From Octopus sinensis (taxonomy: Eukaryota): a stretch of DNA of 64,000 nucleotides. Made by a program: the position numbers and the translations under genes. Below the pieces are notes generated by a model. The model was given only the letters and a program-made list of their open reading frames with translations, did no database searches and was not told where the DNA came from. This document shows positions 10,101 through 23,040 of the stretch, in pieces; the stretch's first letter is position 1; every line of letters begins with the position of its first letter. The stretch spans positions 2,692 through 66,691 of the forward strand of contig NW_021834602.1 in assembly GCF_006345805.1 (NCBI RefSeq), written 5' to 3'.

Positions 10101-12804
10101 AGCGTGGAATACTATAATCATAAATGATTATATATTGAATTTTGAGATACTAGGAGGTACCAACTCAACTCAGTATCAGAGCGAGCTAGAATCCTCAACT
10201 AGTATCACCGAATTCAAATTTGTGAATGAAACGATTGTGTCAACAGCCCCTTCCCACCCGCGTGTAGCCAAAACAAGATGCTGTAGTCATCTACTGAGAT
10301 AAAATATGGTTATCCGTAATAATGAAGGGTGAAATTAATTAATTTGGAATAATTATCAATTACACCAAGTAGTCTTCGGCATGTAAAAGCCTCATTTGAG
10401 GAAAATTTAAGTAATACTAAGCAATAAGGGTTCAGCAACGAATTGCCTTACCACATACCGAATTTAGAAATAGCAGTCAAAGGGTTATAGCTATTTCTTC
10501 TACTAAAAAGGGAGATCTCAGTAAAAACAGCAATTGGAAGGCTGACACAAACAGGTAAGAGAGAATGAATTAACCGCAATCTATCAAACATTTTTAAAGT
10601 TATCCACGGACGTACGTTTCGAAATCAGTTTTAGGAAAGCATAAGAATTAAAATATTAAATATTAAATAATTCTATCTTACCGAAACTTCTTTTCTCTTC
10701 AGCGTGGAATACTATAATCATAAATGATTATATATTGAATTTTGAGATACTAGGAGGTACCAACTCAACTCAGTATCAGAGCGAGCTAGAATCCTCAACT
10801 AGTATCACCGAATTCAAATTGTGAATGAAACGATTGTGTCAACAGCCCCTTCCCACCCGCGTGTAGCCAAAACAAGATGCTGTAGTCATCTACTGAGATA
10901 AAATATGGTTATCCGTAATAATGAAGGGTGAAATTAATTAATTTGGAATAATTATCAATTACACCAAGTAGTCTTCGGCATGTAAAAGCCTCATTTGAGG
11001 AAAATTTAAGTAATACTAAGCAATAAGGTTCAGCAACGAATTGCCTTACCACATACCGAATTTAGAAATAGCAGTCAAAGGGTTATAGCTATTTCTTCTA
11101 CTAAAAAGGGAGATCTCAGTAAAAACAGCAATTGGAAGGCTGACACAAACAGGTAAGAGAGAATGAATTAACCGCAATCTATCAAACATTTTTAAAGTTA
11201 TCCACGGACGTACGTTTCGAAATCAAGTTTTAGGAAAGCATAAGAATTAAAATATTAAATATTAAATAATTCTATCTTACCGAAACTTCTTTTCTCTTCA
11301 GCGTGGAATACTATAATCATAAATGATTATATATTGAATTTTGAGATACTAGGAGGTACCAACTCAACTCAGTATCAGAGCGAGCTAGAATCCTCAACTA
11401 GTATCACCGAATTCAAATTTGTGAATGAAACGATTGTGTCAACAGCCCCTTCCCACCGCGTGTAGCCAAAACAAGATGCTGTAGTCATCTACTGAGATAA
11501 AATATGGTTATCCGTAATAATGAAGGGTGAAATTAATTAATTTGGAATAATTATCAATTACACCAAGTAGTCTTCGGCATGTAAAAGCCTCATTGAGGAA
11601 AATTTAAGTAATACTAAGCAATAAGGGTTCAGCAACGAATTGCCTTACCACATACCGAATTTAGAAATAGCAGTCAAAGGGTTATAGCTATTTCTTCTAC
11701 TAAAAAGGGAGATCTCAGTAAAAACAGCAATTGGAAGGCTGACACAAACAGGTAAGAGAGAATGAATTAACCGCAATCTATCAAACATTTTTAAAGTTAT
11801 CCACGGACGTACGTTTCGAAATCAAGTTTTAGGAAAGCATAAGAATTAAAATATTAAATATTAATAATTCTATCTTACCGAAACTTCTTTTCTCTTCAGC
11901 GTGGAATACTATAATCATAAATGATTATATATTGAATTTTGAGATACTAGGAGGTACCAACTCAACTCAGTATCAGAGCGAGCTAGAATCCTCAACTAGT
12001 ATCACCGAATTCAAATTTTTGATTGAATGAAACGATTGTGTCAACAGCCCCTTCCCACCCGCGTGTAGCCAAAACAAGATGCTGTAGTCATCTACTGAGA
12101 TAAAATATGGTTATCCGTAATAATGAAGGGTGAAATTAATTAATTTGGAATAATTATCAATTACACCAAGTAGTCTTCGGCATGTAAAAGCCTCATTTGA
12201 GGAAAATTTAAGTAATACTAAGCAATAAGGGTTCAGCAACGAATTGCCTTACACCACATACCGAATTTAGAAATAGCAGTCAAAGGGTTATAGCTATTTC
12301 TTCTACTAAAAAGGGAGATCTCAGTAAAAACAGCAATTGGAAGACTGACACAAACAGGTAAGAGAGAATGAATTAACCGCAATCTATCAAACATTTTTAA
12401 AGTTATCCACGGACGTACGTTTCGAAATCAAGTTTTAGGAAAGCATAAGAATTAAAATATTAAATATTAAATAATTCTATCTTACCGAAACTTCTTTTCT
12501 CTTCAGCGTGGAATACTATAATCATAAATGATTATATATTGAATTTTGAGATACTAGGAGGTACCAACTCAACTCAGTATCAGAGCGAGCTAGAATCCTC
12601 AACTAGTATCACCGAATTCAAATTTGTGAATGAAACGATTGTGTCAACAGCCCCTTCCCACCCGCGTGTAGCCAAAACAAGATGCTGTAGTCATCTACTG
12701 AGATAAAATATGGTTATCCGTAATAATGAAGGGTGAAATTAATTAATTTGGAATAATTATCAATTACACCAAGTAGTCTTCGGCATGTAAAAGCCTCATT
12801 TGAG
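4151..12804 (-). repeat. Tandem array of 14 ~600-bp HHR-containing units (retrozyme-like, family A)
   Basis: Unit starts (actaagcaataaggg) at 4151, 4746, 5346, 5947, 6547, 7142, 7741, 8340, 9218, 9817, 10416, 11015, 11613 and 12217. Units are near-identical, and the array is flanked by (TA)n on the left and atatat on the right. Confidence 0.95.
4932..5038 (-). ncRNA. Type I hammerhead ribozyme, family A (representative; one per array unit)
   Basis: Minus strand: tccacg-CTGAAGA-gaaa...(76-nt stem II)...tttc-GAAA-c(gtac)g-TC-cgtgga. Predicted cuts lie between plus positions 4341/2, 4937/8, 5538/9, 6139/40, 6737/8, 7334/5, 7933/4, 8532/3, 9409/10, 10007/8, 10608/9, 11206/7, 11805/6 and 12411/2. 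Units 1 and 6 have 2-bp deletions next to the core. Confidence 0.85.
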
Positions 12805-13486
12805 ATATATACCCTTCTCTTCCATATAAATACATTCGAATGCTTATGGATATTTTGATACACTCACACACAGAAGCGCAGAAACGCACGTACGCATATA
12901 TAAAAGCGTATTTACATAGCTCAGAATATAGATGCATTTACACAAACAGTATGAAACAGCTCCGTATCTACTTAAGTGTATTGCTTGCTTTTCTACATAT
13001 GCCGATTTAGCAAGCCTCAGATTTATGGGAGAAAGGGAAAATGAACAGGAGCAATATTTAAGACTTTCCATAAGATTTTATTAGATTACTGGATGTAGTG
13101 CTATCTCGTGATCGAAATTGTCAGCCCATTCCATCCGCCAAGATTTTAGCCAGATGGCATCGTATCTTCCAATGCGATCATACATCTCGTCAAACACACA
13201 ATCACTCAGTTGGTTATGTTACAAAAGTATTGAAGTTAAGGGTGCAGACGTGGAAGTGCGGTTAAGAAACTCAATTTGGAACCGAGTTGTTTCAGGTTCA
13301 GTCTCAGTACGTGGTAACTTAGGCAAGTGTTTTTGTTTTTACTTTAGTTCTGAGCCGGAAGCTATGTGGACCCCGGCCGTGTGTGTGTGTGTCTGTGTGT
13401 GGAGGGGGTGATGCGGACCATACCGGACTGACTTGATGCCTCAAATTTAGTACCTAATTCAACTGAATCTTAATTATTTATATATA

Positions 13487-14530
13487 CACAGGGATTGGAC
13501 AGAATAATGGAAACACCTCGAAATTTCAAACAAATTTATTTTAATACGGGGTAAGACCGCCTTTGGCAGTAATTACAGCTTGAATTCTACGAGGTATGGA
13601 CTCGTACAAAATTTTGGATTATTTTCAAAGGAATTGTTGTCCATTCTTCAACTAAAACAGTCTCCAGTTCTTGTGGTGATGACGGTGGAAGATACCGTCT
13701 TCTTGCTTGTTTTTCTAAAATGCACCATAAATATTCAATAATATTGAGATCTGGGGACTGCAGTGGCTAGATAAGTTGTTCAACTTCACTAGAATGTTCC
13801 TCGTGCCATTCACTAACAACTTTAGCTGTGTGAATTGGTGCATTATCATTCTGAAAGATTGCGTTTCCCTGCGGAAACAGTTTTGCAACCATGGGATGAA
13901 TTTGATCAGATAAAATGCTTAAATAGTTTCGACTATTAATTCTGCCATGAAGGGAAACCATTGGGTCGGCGGATTTCCAAGATATAGCCCCAAGATCATC
14001 ACTTGTGTACTCAGCCGGTGGTCGAAATGAGGTAAAGGATGACTCGTCCCAAAAAATAACATTCTTCCTCTGCTCTAGAGTTCAATTCTGTAGGTTTTTA
14101 CTCCACTCTAAATGCTTTGCAACGTATGTTTTTGAAAGTAGTGGTTTTCTGATTGCAGTTCTGTGAAACCCGGCTTTATGCAGCACCCGGCGAACAGTTT
14201 TTGTGGAAACTGGGTCCTCGATGTGGTCATTAAGCTCTGCAATAATTTTGGAAGTTGTACTTTTGTGATCTTTTCTAACAATTCGCGTAAGTGTCCGACG
14301 GTCCCTATCTGAAAGTTTTAGTTTTCTTCCGGAGTTTTGTTTAGATGAGGAGGTTTTTCCCTCTTTCTCAAATGCTATCATTACTTTCGAAGCAGTACTT
14401 CTTGATACACCAAACTTTTCGGCTGGTTTCATTACGCTAGCACCTGCCATACGAGCACCAACAATTCGACCTCTTTGAAAGTCCGATAGATCTGTCATTT
14501 TAAAGAATTTTAATTACCTTTTTCTGGTGA
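13487..14530 (-). mobile_element. Tc1-family DNA transposon remnant (frameshifted transposase)
   Basis: ORF 14082-14498 has a paired-like HTH (MTDLSDFQRGRIVGARMAG...GRK). Downstream there are DES, FQNDNAPIH and SPDLNIIE motifs. One TIR-like end at 13487. Confidence 0.9.
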
Positions 14531-15038
14531 TATCTGAAAAGAAACAGCATTTCGTAGTAGTTTTTTCTTCTTCGGTCACATACTCTAGGCAACGTGGGGC
14601 TGCCCTGTCTAGTATCTGTTACCGAAGAGGAGATAACTATTTCATGATGCTTGCATCTGACAGTCTGAATAGGTGGCACTACCTAGTGTCTGTGACCGAA
14701 AAGGAGATAACTGTTCCGAAATGCTTGCATCACACAGTCTAGACAGGTGGGGCTGGAACTGATATTGGTGTGTCAACACCATTCTGTCTACAGCGAGAAA
14801 TTTTCTCCATGACAAAACACAGTGAATGGCTTATTTACGAGTCCAAGCGCGCCAATCGCATATTTGAAATGGTAATAACATTACATTTCAAAGTATTTAA
14901 TAAGTGATATTTTTCTGGAGTTAATCTTCATATGATTTCACAGTTAGTAGCTGTAGCATTTGCACTGTTTAGTATTAAATAAATTTTAACTAATATGCAA
15001 ATTTGAAGTGAATAAATTTATTACATTTATCGGTGATC

Positions 15039-15307
15039 TTTTACTTGTTTTAGTCATTAGACTGCGGCTATACTGGGGCACCGTCTTGAGAGATATTTTT
15101 TAGTCTTGAGGGATGAATCGACGCCAGCACTTATATATTTTTAAACTATGTCAGTATTCTATTAACCTTTTTGCCGAACTGCTAAGTTACAGGAACGTAA
15201 ACATACCAACGCCAATTCACAAGCGGTGGTGGGGGACAAAGACATACATTCATATACATAACTAACCACATACACACGTTCACATATATCTATCTTTCTC
15301 TCTCACT

Positions 15308-15343
<36 letters not shown>

Positions 15344-15344
15344 A

Positions 15345-15417
<73 letters not shown>

Positions 15418-15602
15418 ATACATACGTACGTACGTACACACACGATAGGTTTCTTTCAGTTTACGATTATTAAATCCACTCACAAAGCTTTGTTTGACAC
15501 GCGGGATATAGTAGAAGACACTTGCCTAAGGTACCACACAGTGGAACTGAACCCGGAGCCATGTGGCTGACGAACAAAGTTCTAACCATACAGCCACGCC
15601 AG
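15039..15602 (-). mobile_element. SINE family A with expanded internal (TA)n
   Basis: Same head, body and tail as the other copies. Confidence 0.8.
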
Positions 15603-16153
15603 CGACTGATATGCAAATTTGAAGTGAATGAATTTGTAGCATTTATCGGAGATTTAGTTGTATCTGGAGTGAGGTGGAGTCATTATGCCAATAAGAAACA
15701 CACGCACTGATTCTCTTTCACTTCATTATTCATTAATTCGTTAACTATTTAAAAATCAGTTAGTTAATTGTTTAATAGTTAACTAGTTGACTAATAATGA
15801 AGTAGTGAAACTGAGTCAGTGTGTATGTTTGTTATTGGTATAATGACCTTCCCGAGACACAACAAAATCTATTTCAACACACGAGTTCACATCAAGAATC
15901 ATGCCAACCGAATACAAAAAGAATGTATTCATTTCGTTCGCAATGCCTTCGCATTCGTTGCTCAAAACTTTCTTTTCTTTACAGGAAGAATAAAACCAAA
16001 ATATTTCAAATTTGTGAGGCTTAACACTTAAAGATGAACCAATTGTTGGTTTCTCGTGTTTTTAATTTTTCCAATTTTCCTCTTCCTTTTAATCTGTAGC
16101 AAAGACAATGAAATTTAAAATTTACGTGGATTAGAAAGCATAGTTTGTCAATT

Positions 16154-16386
16154 TTAATGGTAAAGAAGTTTGTTTATTATGTGACGGAATTGTTGAATCT
16201 TCGAATACACATTGTTTGCAGTCTGATCACAAGTCCTTAAATAATGGCTACCCTTTTCAACCTCAAACAACAAGGGAGACAATATATAAAGAAAATTTAA
16301 GCTATTTGTCCAAATGTCTGTTTTTACTGGAAGCCTAATAAAATCCACAAGAACCCTTATTGCTTCTTTCAAACTTTCTCCTTTTT
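16154..16386 (-). CDS. Candidate terminal coding exon, unknown product
   Basis: Pyrimidine-rich acceptor ttttatttttacag followed by an open, non-repetitive ~77-codon frame (EKGESLKEAIRVLVDF...KLLYH*). No recognisable domain. Confidence 0.25.
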
Positions 16387-16768
16387 CTGTAAAAATAAAA
16401 CAAAAACAGTAAATCAAATAATACATTCCAGGATAAGGACTTGTTAAAAGAAACCCTTTGTGGGTGGAATCGATACTGATTTAGCGGATTTTTTTTCCTC
16501 AAATGAATGTGAGTATGTCAGTAAGACAAGATTTACAGTATTCCAAGACGACAGTATTCGTAGAAGAATACACATAATTGCTATTTGATAAGCAGTTTTC
16601 GTCAAAGATTTCGTAGTAACTGATTAATACATATTATAATTTGACAAGTTAACAGCTCTGTTACAAACAACACATCTGATATTATGATAACAATGGGATT
16701 GTAGGAAATTCCCAACTGAAGAACTACCGAAAATATTAGTAGTGTTTGAAACGATCGAAAAACAGGTG

Positions 16769-16816
<48 letters not shown>

Positions 16817-17244
16817 CATATTAAAGATTAATAGAAAGACAGCACATTTCAGGAGTCGATGTTCATTTCGTCAATATATTTCCCAACATCGGAATACTTC
16901 ATAAAATTATACGTAAATATAAATATGTAGATACAGTATAAAATATAAAACATAAGTATACCCTCATGACATCGTATGAAATCGTATGTCCGTCTTTGGA
17001 AACAATGAGAAATATATATATGCACGGTCAAAATTGCATTAATCGAAATTATCAAATGAAGGAAAAGGTGGTTCAAAATGATTTTAATAGGAATCCATAG
17101 GCAAATTCACTGAATGTTCAGATTCATGCGGCCGTTTCAAGATCAGGTGATATAAAATGGGAGAACCAGTTCGATCCATCTCAGTTATTCACATTTCTTT
17201 CTTCAGAGATGACTTAAGGGAATTTAAAAGATTTTATTTTACAT

Positions 17245-17515
17245 ACTCTTACTCTTTACTCTTTTACTCTTTTACTTGTTTTACTCATGTGACTGTGGCC
17301 ATGCTGGAGCACCGCCTTTAGTCGAGCAAATCGATCCCAGGACTTATTCTTTGTAAGCCTAGTACTTATTCTATCGTTCCCTTTTCCGAACCACTAAGTT
17401 ACGGGGCGTAAACACACCAGCATCTGTTGTTAAGCGATGCTGGGGTGACAAACACGGACACACAAACATACACACACACATACATACATATATATATATA
17501 TCTACACACACACAT

Positions 17516-17574
<59 letters not shown>

Positions 17575-17732
17575 CGACGGGTTTCCTTCAGTTTCCGTCT
17601 ACCAAATCCACTCACAATGCTTTAGTCGGCCCGAGGCTACAGTCGAAGACACTTGCCCAAGGAGCCACGCAATGGGACTGAACTCGGAACTATATGATTT
17701 GTAAGCAAGCTACTTACCACACAGCAACTCCT
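17245..17732 (-). mobile_element. SINE family A
   Basis: Full head-to-tail match with internal microsatellite. Confidence 0.85.
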
Positions 17733-17929
17733 AATATGTTTTAAAATATTTTAAATTTAAAAAATTTGAATTTTGGAGCGAAAGTACATGCTGTTCAGGC
17801 GCCGCACGAAATAAAATAAATGCTGAATTTTAGTGTTTAAATAGACTGCAAAACGTTTAGCGGTGTTACTATAAGATGAGTCCAAAATATAATAAGGATT
17901 GAAGATTAAATTATATAGTCTGACCGTTT

Positions 17930-18625
17930 AAAGAGAGAAACATTTGAAAGTTGAGAAAGTTGCTAATGACTTGAACTGCAATATTCGGACAATTGAAAGG
18001 ATGAAGGAACGATACAATGCCACAAACAGCACGGATGATCGTCCACACAGTAGCCGACTTAGGGTTACAACGACACGTCAAGATCGTTCTATCATATTGT
18101 ATTTCTGTGGTAGATGGTAGAGCTAAGGTTTGGAGAAAGATGGATGAACGTCATGCCGATGGCTGTGTGGTGGAGAGAGACTCATAGGGAGGACAGAGCA
18201 TCATGGTATGGAGCAGGATTGCACTCAACCAGAAAGTTGGACCGGTGGTCTTCCAAATCAACGGCAAAGGCCGGGGCAATGGAGTAACCGCTGCTCGCTA
18301 CATCGACCAAGTCTTGAGGCCTCACTTTGTGCCATACCTTGTCCATGGTCGGATTCACGTGTTCCAACATGACAATGCCCGTGCCCACACTGCCAGGTTA
18401 AGAACAAACTTTCCAACAGCACAACATCCAGACACTGCCATGTCCTGCCCTAAGTCCGGACTGGAACCCCGTAGACCACCTGTGGGACGAAATCCAAAGA
18501 AGGCTAAATGACATCTATCCAAGGCCGACAACTGCGGTACAACTCACTGCAACTTCCAACTGTGTGGGCTGCTATCCCCATGGCCTTCATCAATCGTTTA
18601 GTGCATTCAATGTACAGAAGATGCC
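17930..18625 (+). mobile_element. Second Tc1-family transposase remnant
   Basis: Fragments VANDLNCNIRTIERM...RPHS, IMVWSRI, FQHDNARAHTAR and SPDWNPVDHLWDEI. Confidence 0.85.
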
Positions 18626-18956
18626 TGTCGGTAATCAATGCTAACGGTAGTCACACGAGATATTGAGTTAATCTCTTTGGATCCAGGACGCTCCGTCATC
18701 ACGAGACACCATGTGATGTCAAACATGTTTCAGGAAGTGACATTTTATCATTAGGAAAGAACGGTTTCTTAATTAGCACTCTTCAATCAAATACTATGGC
18801 AGTCTGTTAATAAACCGTTTTCTATTTAGTATATGTGTGATGTTTCTTTTGTGGTTCAGTATATATATATATATATATATATATACTCTTTTACTTTTTT
18901 CCGTCAGTTGACTGCGGCCATGTTGGGGCACTACTTGTCTTAAGTCGAAGAAATCA

Positions 18957-19290
18957 ATGGAATACATCGACACTGGTGAAGAAGATATACTATTAGCCAT
19001 AGATGAGGTGGACGCAAACTCAACTGCTGTTCCCGATGGTTTCCCACCAATCCTCCTCAAATCGTATAAGCGTGTCCTGGCGAAACCACTACAGATTTTC
19101 TTGCAGAGTTTTCTTGTAAATGGCAGACTGTCAAGCAAACTGAAGTAGGGAATAATATACCCAATCCATAAAGGAGGAGACAAAGTAGATGCCAACAACT
19201 ATAGGCCTATCTCTCTGACTTCACACATAAGCAAAGTCGTGGAAGGGATAGTCAGAGGGAAACTAATCGCACTCGTTGAACAAAACGACT
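18957..19290 (+). mobile_element. Non-LTR retrotransposon RT fragment (CR1/L2/Jockey-like)
   Basis: PDGFPPILLK...IIYPIHKGGDKVDANNYRPISLTSHISKVVEGIV, with an in-frame stop. Confidence 0.85.
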
Positions 19291-19454
19291 TGCTGGAGCA
19301 CCGCCTTTAGTCGAACAAATCGATCCCAGGACTTATTCTTTGTAAGCCTAGTACTTATTCTTTCGGTCTTTGTAGCCGAACCACTAAGTTACGGGAACGT
19401 AAACACACCAGCATCGGTTGTCAAGCGATGTTGGGGGGACAAGCAGACACACAA

Positions 19455-19485
<31 letters not shown>

Positions 19486-19677
19486 CATATATACGACGGG
19501 CTTCTTTCAGTCTCCTTCTACCAAATCCACTCACAAGGCTTTGGTCGGCCCGAGGCTATAGTAGAAGACACTTGCCCAAGATGCCACGCAATGGGATTGG
19601 ACCCAGAACCATGTGGTTGGTAACCACGCTACTTACCACACAGCCACTCCTGCACCTATATCCACTCCTGCGCCTAT
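19290..19677 (-). mobile_element. SINE family A (3' tail missing)
   Basis: Sequence match to the other copies. Confidence 0.85.
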
Positions 19678-20166
19678 GTAAACAATTGTAAAGACTTGTA
19701 AACAATTGAAAAAAGAAAAACCCTGTACGAAATTGTTTTGCGAAAAATCAAAAACCAAACTGAGATATACTATAAGATATCATAAAATATTGGGAAAAGG
19801 AAAAATTAGCAATCAATTATTATGGCGAAAATTCAAAAGCAAAGTTTGAGATACTCTCTAAGCGTCCATAAAGCGAATTACAATTTTCGTATCTTCTGCG
19901 CCGCATTAACTTGCAAAGACACAAGTCGACTGCAGAACGGTGGGTCAAAAAGTGTTGTTTATTCACTCATTTTAGGCAGGCCTATTTGCTTTGAACTTGT
20001 TGCGTGTGGGTCTCTTTTTTCGAATTAATAAACTCAACGCTGTAGTTCACCGTTTTATGTCAAAAATTATATCTATCAATTTCCGGAATGAGAAAATAGG
20101 CCCTCTACAAGGCACTGAAAATTGTTGTTCCTGGAAGATCCGAATGCAGCATGCATTCCTCTTGAG

Positions 20167-22650
20167 CAGGGATGTCCAACCTTTCTTGCTTTTGGGCCGA
20201 TTATACATTTATGTACTTAGATATAAACTTTTTAAAAGTTCAAAATATAGTAAATAAAGTTTTTTAATAACAAATATAAATCCAAAATAATGTGCTATTG
20301 TAAAAAATGAAATCACACACAAAATAAAATGAAAATGATTTTTGGCATTGCTTTCCTTTAATGATATTCTCAATATGTGCTTTTATGGTGATATTCTTTA
20401 CTCTAAGAATGTTAGTTAAATGACAGTCACTCAGCCTATTTCTTTCAGCAGTTTTTATGTTTTTCATGCACGAAAAGACTTGTTCACAGCAGTATGTACT
20501 ACACCACATGCACAATAGTTTTCTAGCTAAATTGTCAATCCCATCAAATTTATTGAAAGAATGCAATTTCTTGTAAAAGTCAAGAAGGGTATGTTCTCTA
20601 TGGTAAGTTTTCAAAGAATCCTTACTTTGATGTTCAATGAGTTCTAGCTAGTATTTGGCTGGTGCTTCAACATAAATAAATGAAAATGGATCACTCAACA
20701 ATTTTAGTTCAGTTTCTATCTTTATGAAGTCAGAAAATCTGGTTGAAATATCTTCTAACAAGGCTTCACATAATTTAGTGTACTTTTCAAATTTGACAGG
20801 AAATTCTTCTTGTCATTTAGATAAATTCTAAGAATGCACAATTTCTCCACCCTGCAATTAGATTATGAAAAGTTCAAATTTCATAGTAAAACTTGTTATT
20901 TGCTGAAACATTGAACAACATAATTGGTCTTTTCCTTGTAAATGCAAATTAAGTTCAGCTAACATTTCAGTGATACCTGCTAAGGAGGACAGGTTATTCA
21001 ACATTCTTCATTTGCTAAAATATCCACATTTTGCTTTTTGTTTTGCATGAACTGTTTTATTTCAGGCAACAATAACTGAAATCTATTCAAGGTTGCTGCT
21101 TGACTGAGTCATCTGACTTTTGAGAAATAAATAGCGTCTTCATATTCACTGCCAACTTCTACCAAGTATGCTTTGAATGAACGATGGTCCAAGCCCCGAG
21201 ATCTGATAAAATTAAAAACGTTCACAATATCTGTCATCAAGTGTTTCATATTTAATTTTTTAGGACATAATTACTGTTGACGAATCAAGTAAAGATAGCT
21301 AAGTACATCATGATCAACCATTTATTTGAATAAAGTAATAAACCCATTATTTTACAAGTTAATGCAGGAGCACCATGAGTTGTAATTTTATTTCTATCAA
21401 CATTGAGCTTTTCTAATAATAAATTAACATGCTCAATTATGCTCCTACCAGCTGTTGTACCTTTCATATGACATACGCCCAACATTCTTTCAATTCCTCT
21501 GATGAAAATAACCAATTGTGGAGTGTCACTTTGATCAGTACATACGTCTAATGCTAAACTGTAATGAACACATTTAAATAATTGAGTCTGAAATATACCC
21601 ATAATGCAATATACCCATAATGCAGTATACCCATAATATACCCATAATGCTGTCAGCTAAATCATCAATTCTACCAATTGTCTGATGCGACAGACTTGTT
21701 TCACTGAAGAAGTTCACCTTCTCGGGACAGGATTCATTAAAAACAATTACAATACATTCTTTTATTAATTCACCATCTATTGGTGGCTTTTCCTTCTGAG
21801 CCAATTTTTCAGCTATAAATAACTAACTTTTGCCATGTACCAGTTTTCTCAACATGTTTTTTGAAATTGTTTTGTTGTGAACTAAGCTTCTTCTTCAATT
21901 CATCTATTTTCATTTTCCTTCTTTCTCCGTATAATTCATTATATTGTGACTCATGTTTGGCAGCATAGTGACACTTAATATTATATTCCTTGCATACAGC
22001 AATTTTATCATTACATACGAGGTAGATAATATTATTGCGTGTTTCAATTACGAAATATTTTTCTGTCCATAGGATTCTGAATTTTTTCTTTCCGTCTGTT
22101 ATTTTCCTCTTCTTAGTATCAGATGCCATGGCCAAACAATGAGCTATTAAAATTAACAATTGAAATTATTACGTAATCATGCTGATATTAATATTCCAAA
22201 AATCAGAAACAAATAAAGAATAAATAGGCTCTTCCGCATAAAGTATTAGCATTAGACGAGAGACACTGAAGTAACACTGAAGTCACTGTCACTTGACTTT
22301 ATAAACAAGGTTAGGAGATAACACAATCAATATCGATCCGACTGCAAAAGATTTGAAACTGAAACAATGGCTGTTAATTATGTATCAACAAAATGGCTGA
22401 CTGTACGACGTAGAATCAGCCATTCGAGGTCATGAATCCCATGGCCTCCCTCATTTTACCTCCCTCTATTGATGTTTTCATTGGTCCGTTCAAAATAGCA
22501 CTCTCCGGGAACAATTTTCTTATCATACATTATCAAAGTAAATGAAAATATAACTAGAAAATAACAAATAGAAATAGAATTTGAATCGCCACTGGTCCTC
22601 ATGAAAATATTAAGTGAGTCACAACGCGGTCCGTGAGTTGGACATCCCTG
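20167..22650 (-). mobile_element. hAT DNA transposon (SPIN/Buster/GTF2IRD2-like), decayed transposase
   Basis: Perfect 14-bp TIRs cagggatgtccaac (20167-20180, 22637-22650). 8-bp flanks ctcttgag and ttctagag. ORF pieces WTEKYF...CKEYNIKCHYAAKH, YSLALDVCTDQSDTPQLVIFIRG and STYCCEQVFSCMK...RNRLSD. Confidence 0.9.
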
Positions 22651-22779
22651 TTCTAGAGCGTCACGTTTCCTGCATAGCACTGCGTAAAGGAAAACCTCTG
22701 TAGTCTCGCAAAACCCAAAACTCAGTATCTTTTTTCGCTTGTATTTTACGCCTTAAGAATAATGTTTCGTGTATCTCCA

Positions 22780-23040
22780 CAATATCCCCAGTACCAACTA
22801 TCTGAACTGGCTGCAGAGCAGACCCTCCGCAAATATCTCACGAACAAACCTGTTATAATCAACAGCTGTGCAATGATTCATAGCCAGTTCTTCAACAGAA
22901 AAACGAACTAAAGCTAGTTCCTTGACCCAAGAGTATAAGGAAAGAAGTACACTCCTAAGAGGAAGGGTGTTCCCTTCCAGCCATACACCTTTTCTGAGAG
23001 ACACACATTTGTTGCGTTCTTTTCGGGAGCACCGCCACTA
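22780..23040 (-). mobile_element. Merlin/IS1595-like transposase fragment
   Basis: SLRKGVWLEGNTLPLRSVLLSLYSWVKEL...TAVDYNRFVREIFAE resembles the Merlin N-terminal region. Confidence 0.55.

Noticed and set aside
4151-12804. CRISPR array or protein-coding repeat
   Set aside because: There are no unique spacers, the unit is ~600 bp, no ORF of 60 aa or more lies inside it, and the context is eukaryotic.
16325-16372. Short matches (aagcaataagggttc, cagtaaaaacag) between the candidate exon and the array unit
   Set aside because: Spacing is inconsistent and there is no extension, so it is probably chance in AT-rich DNA.
16704-16771. Plus-strand mini-exon ending CAG|gtgagt
   Set aside because: The donor is good, but the acceptor is poor and there are no partner exons.
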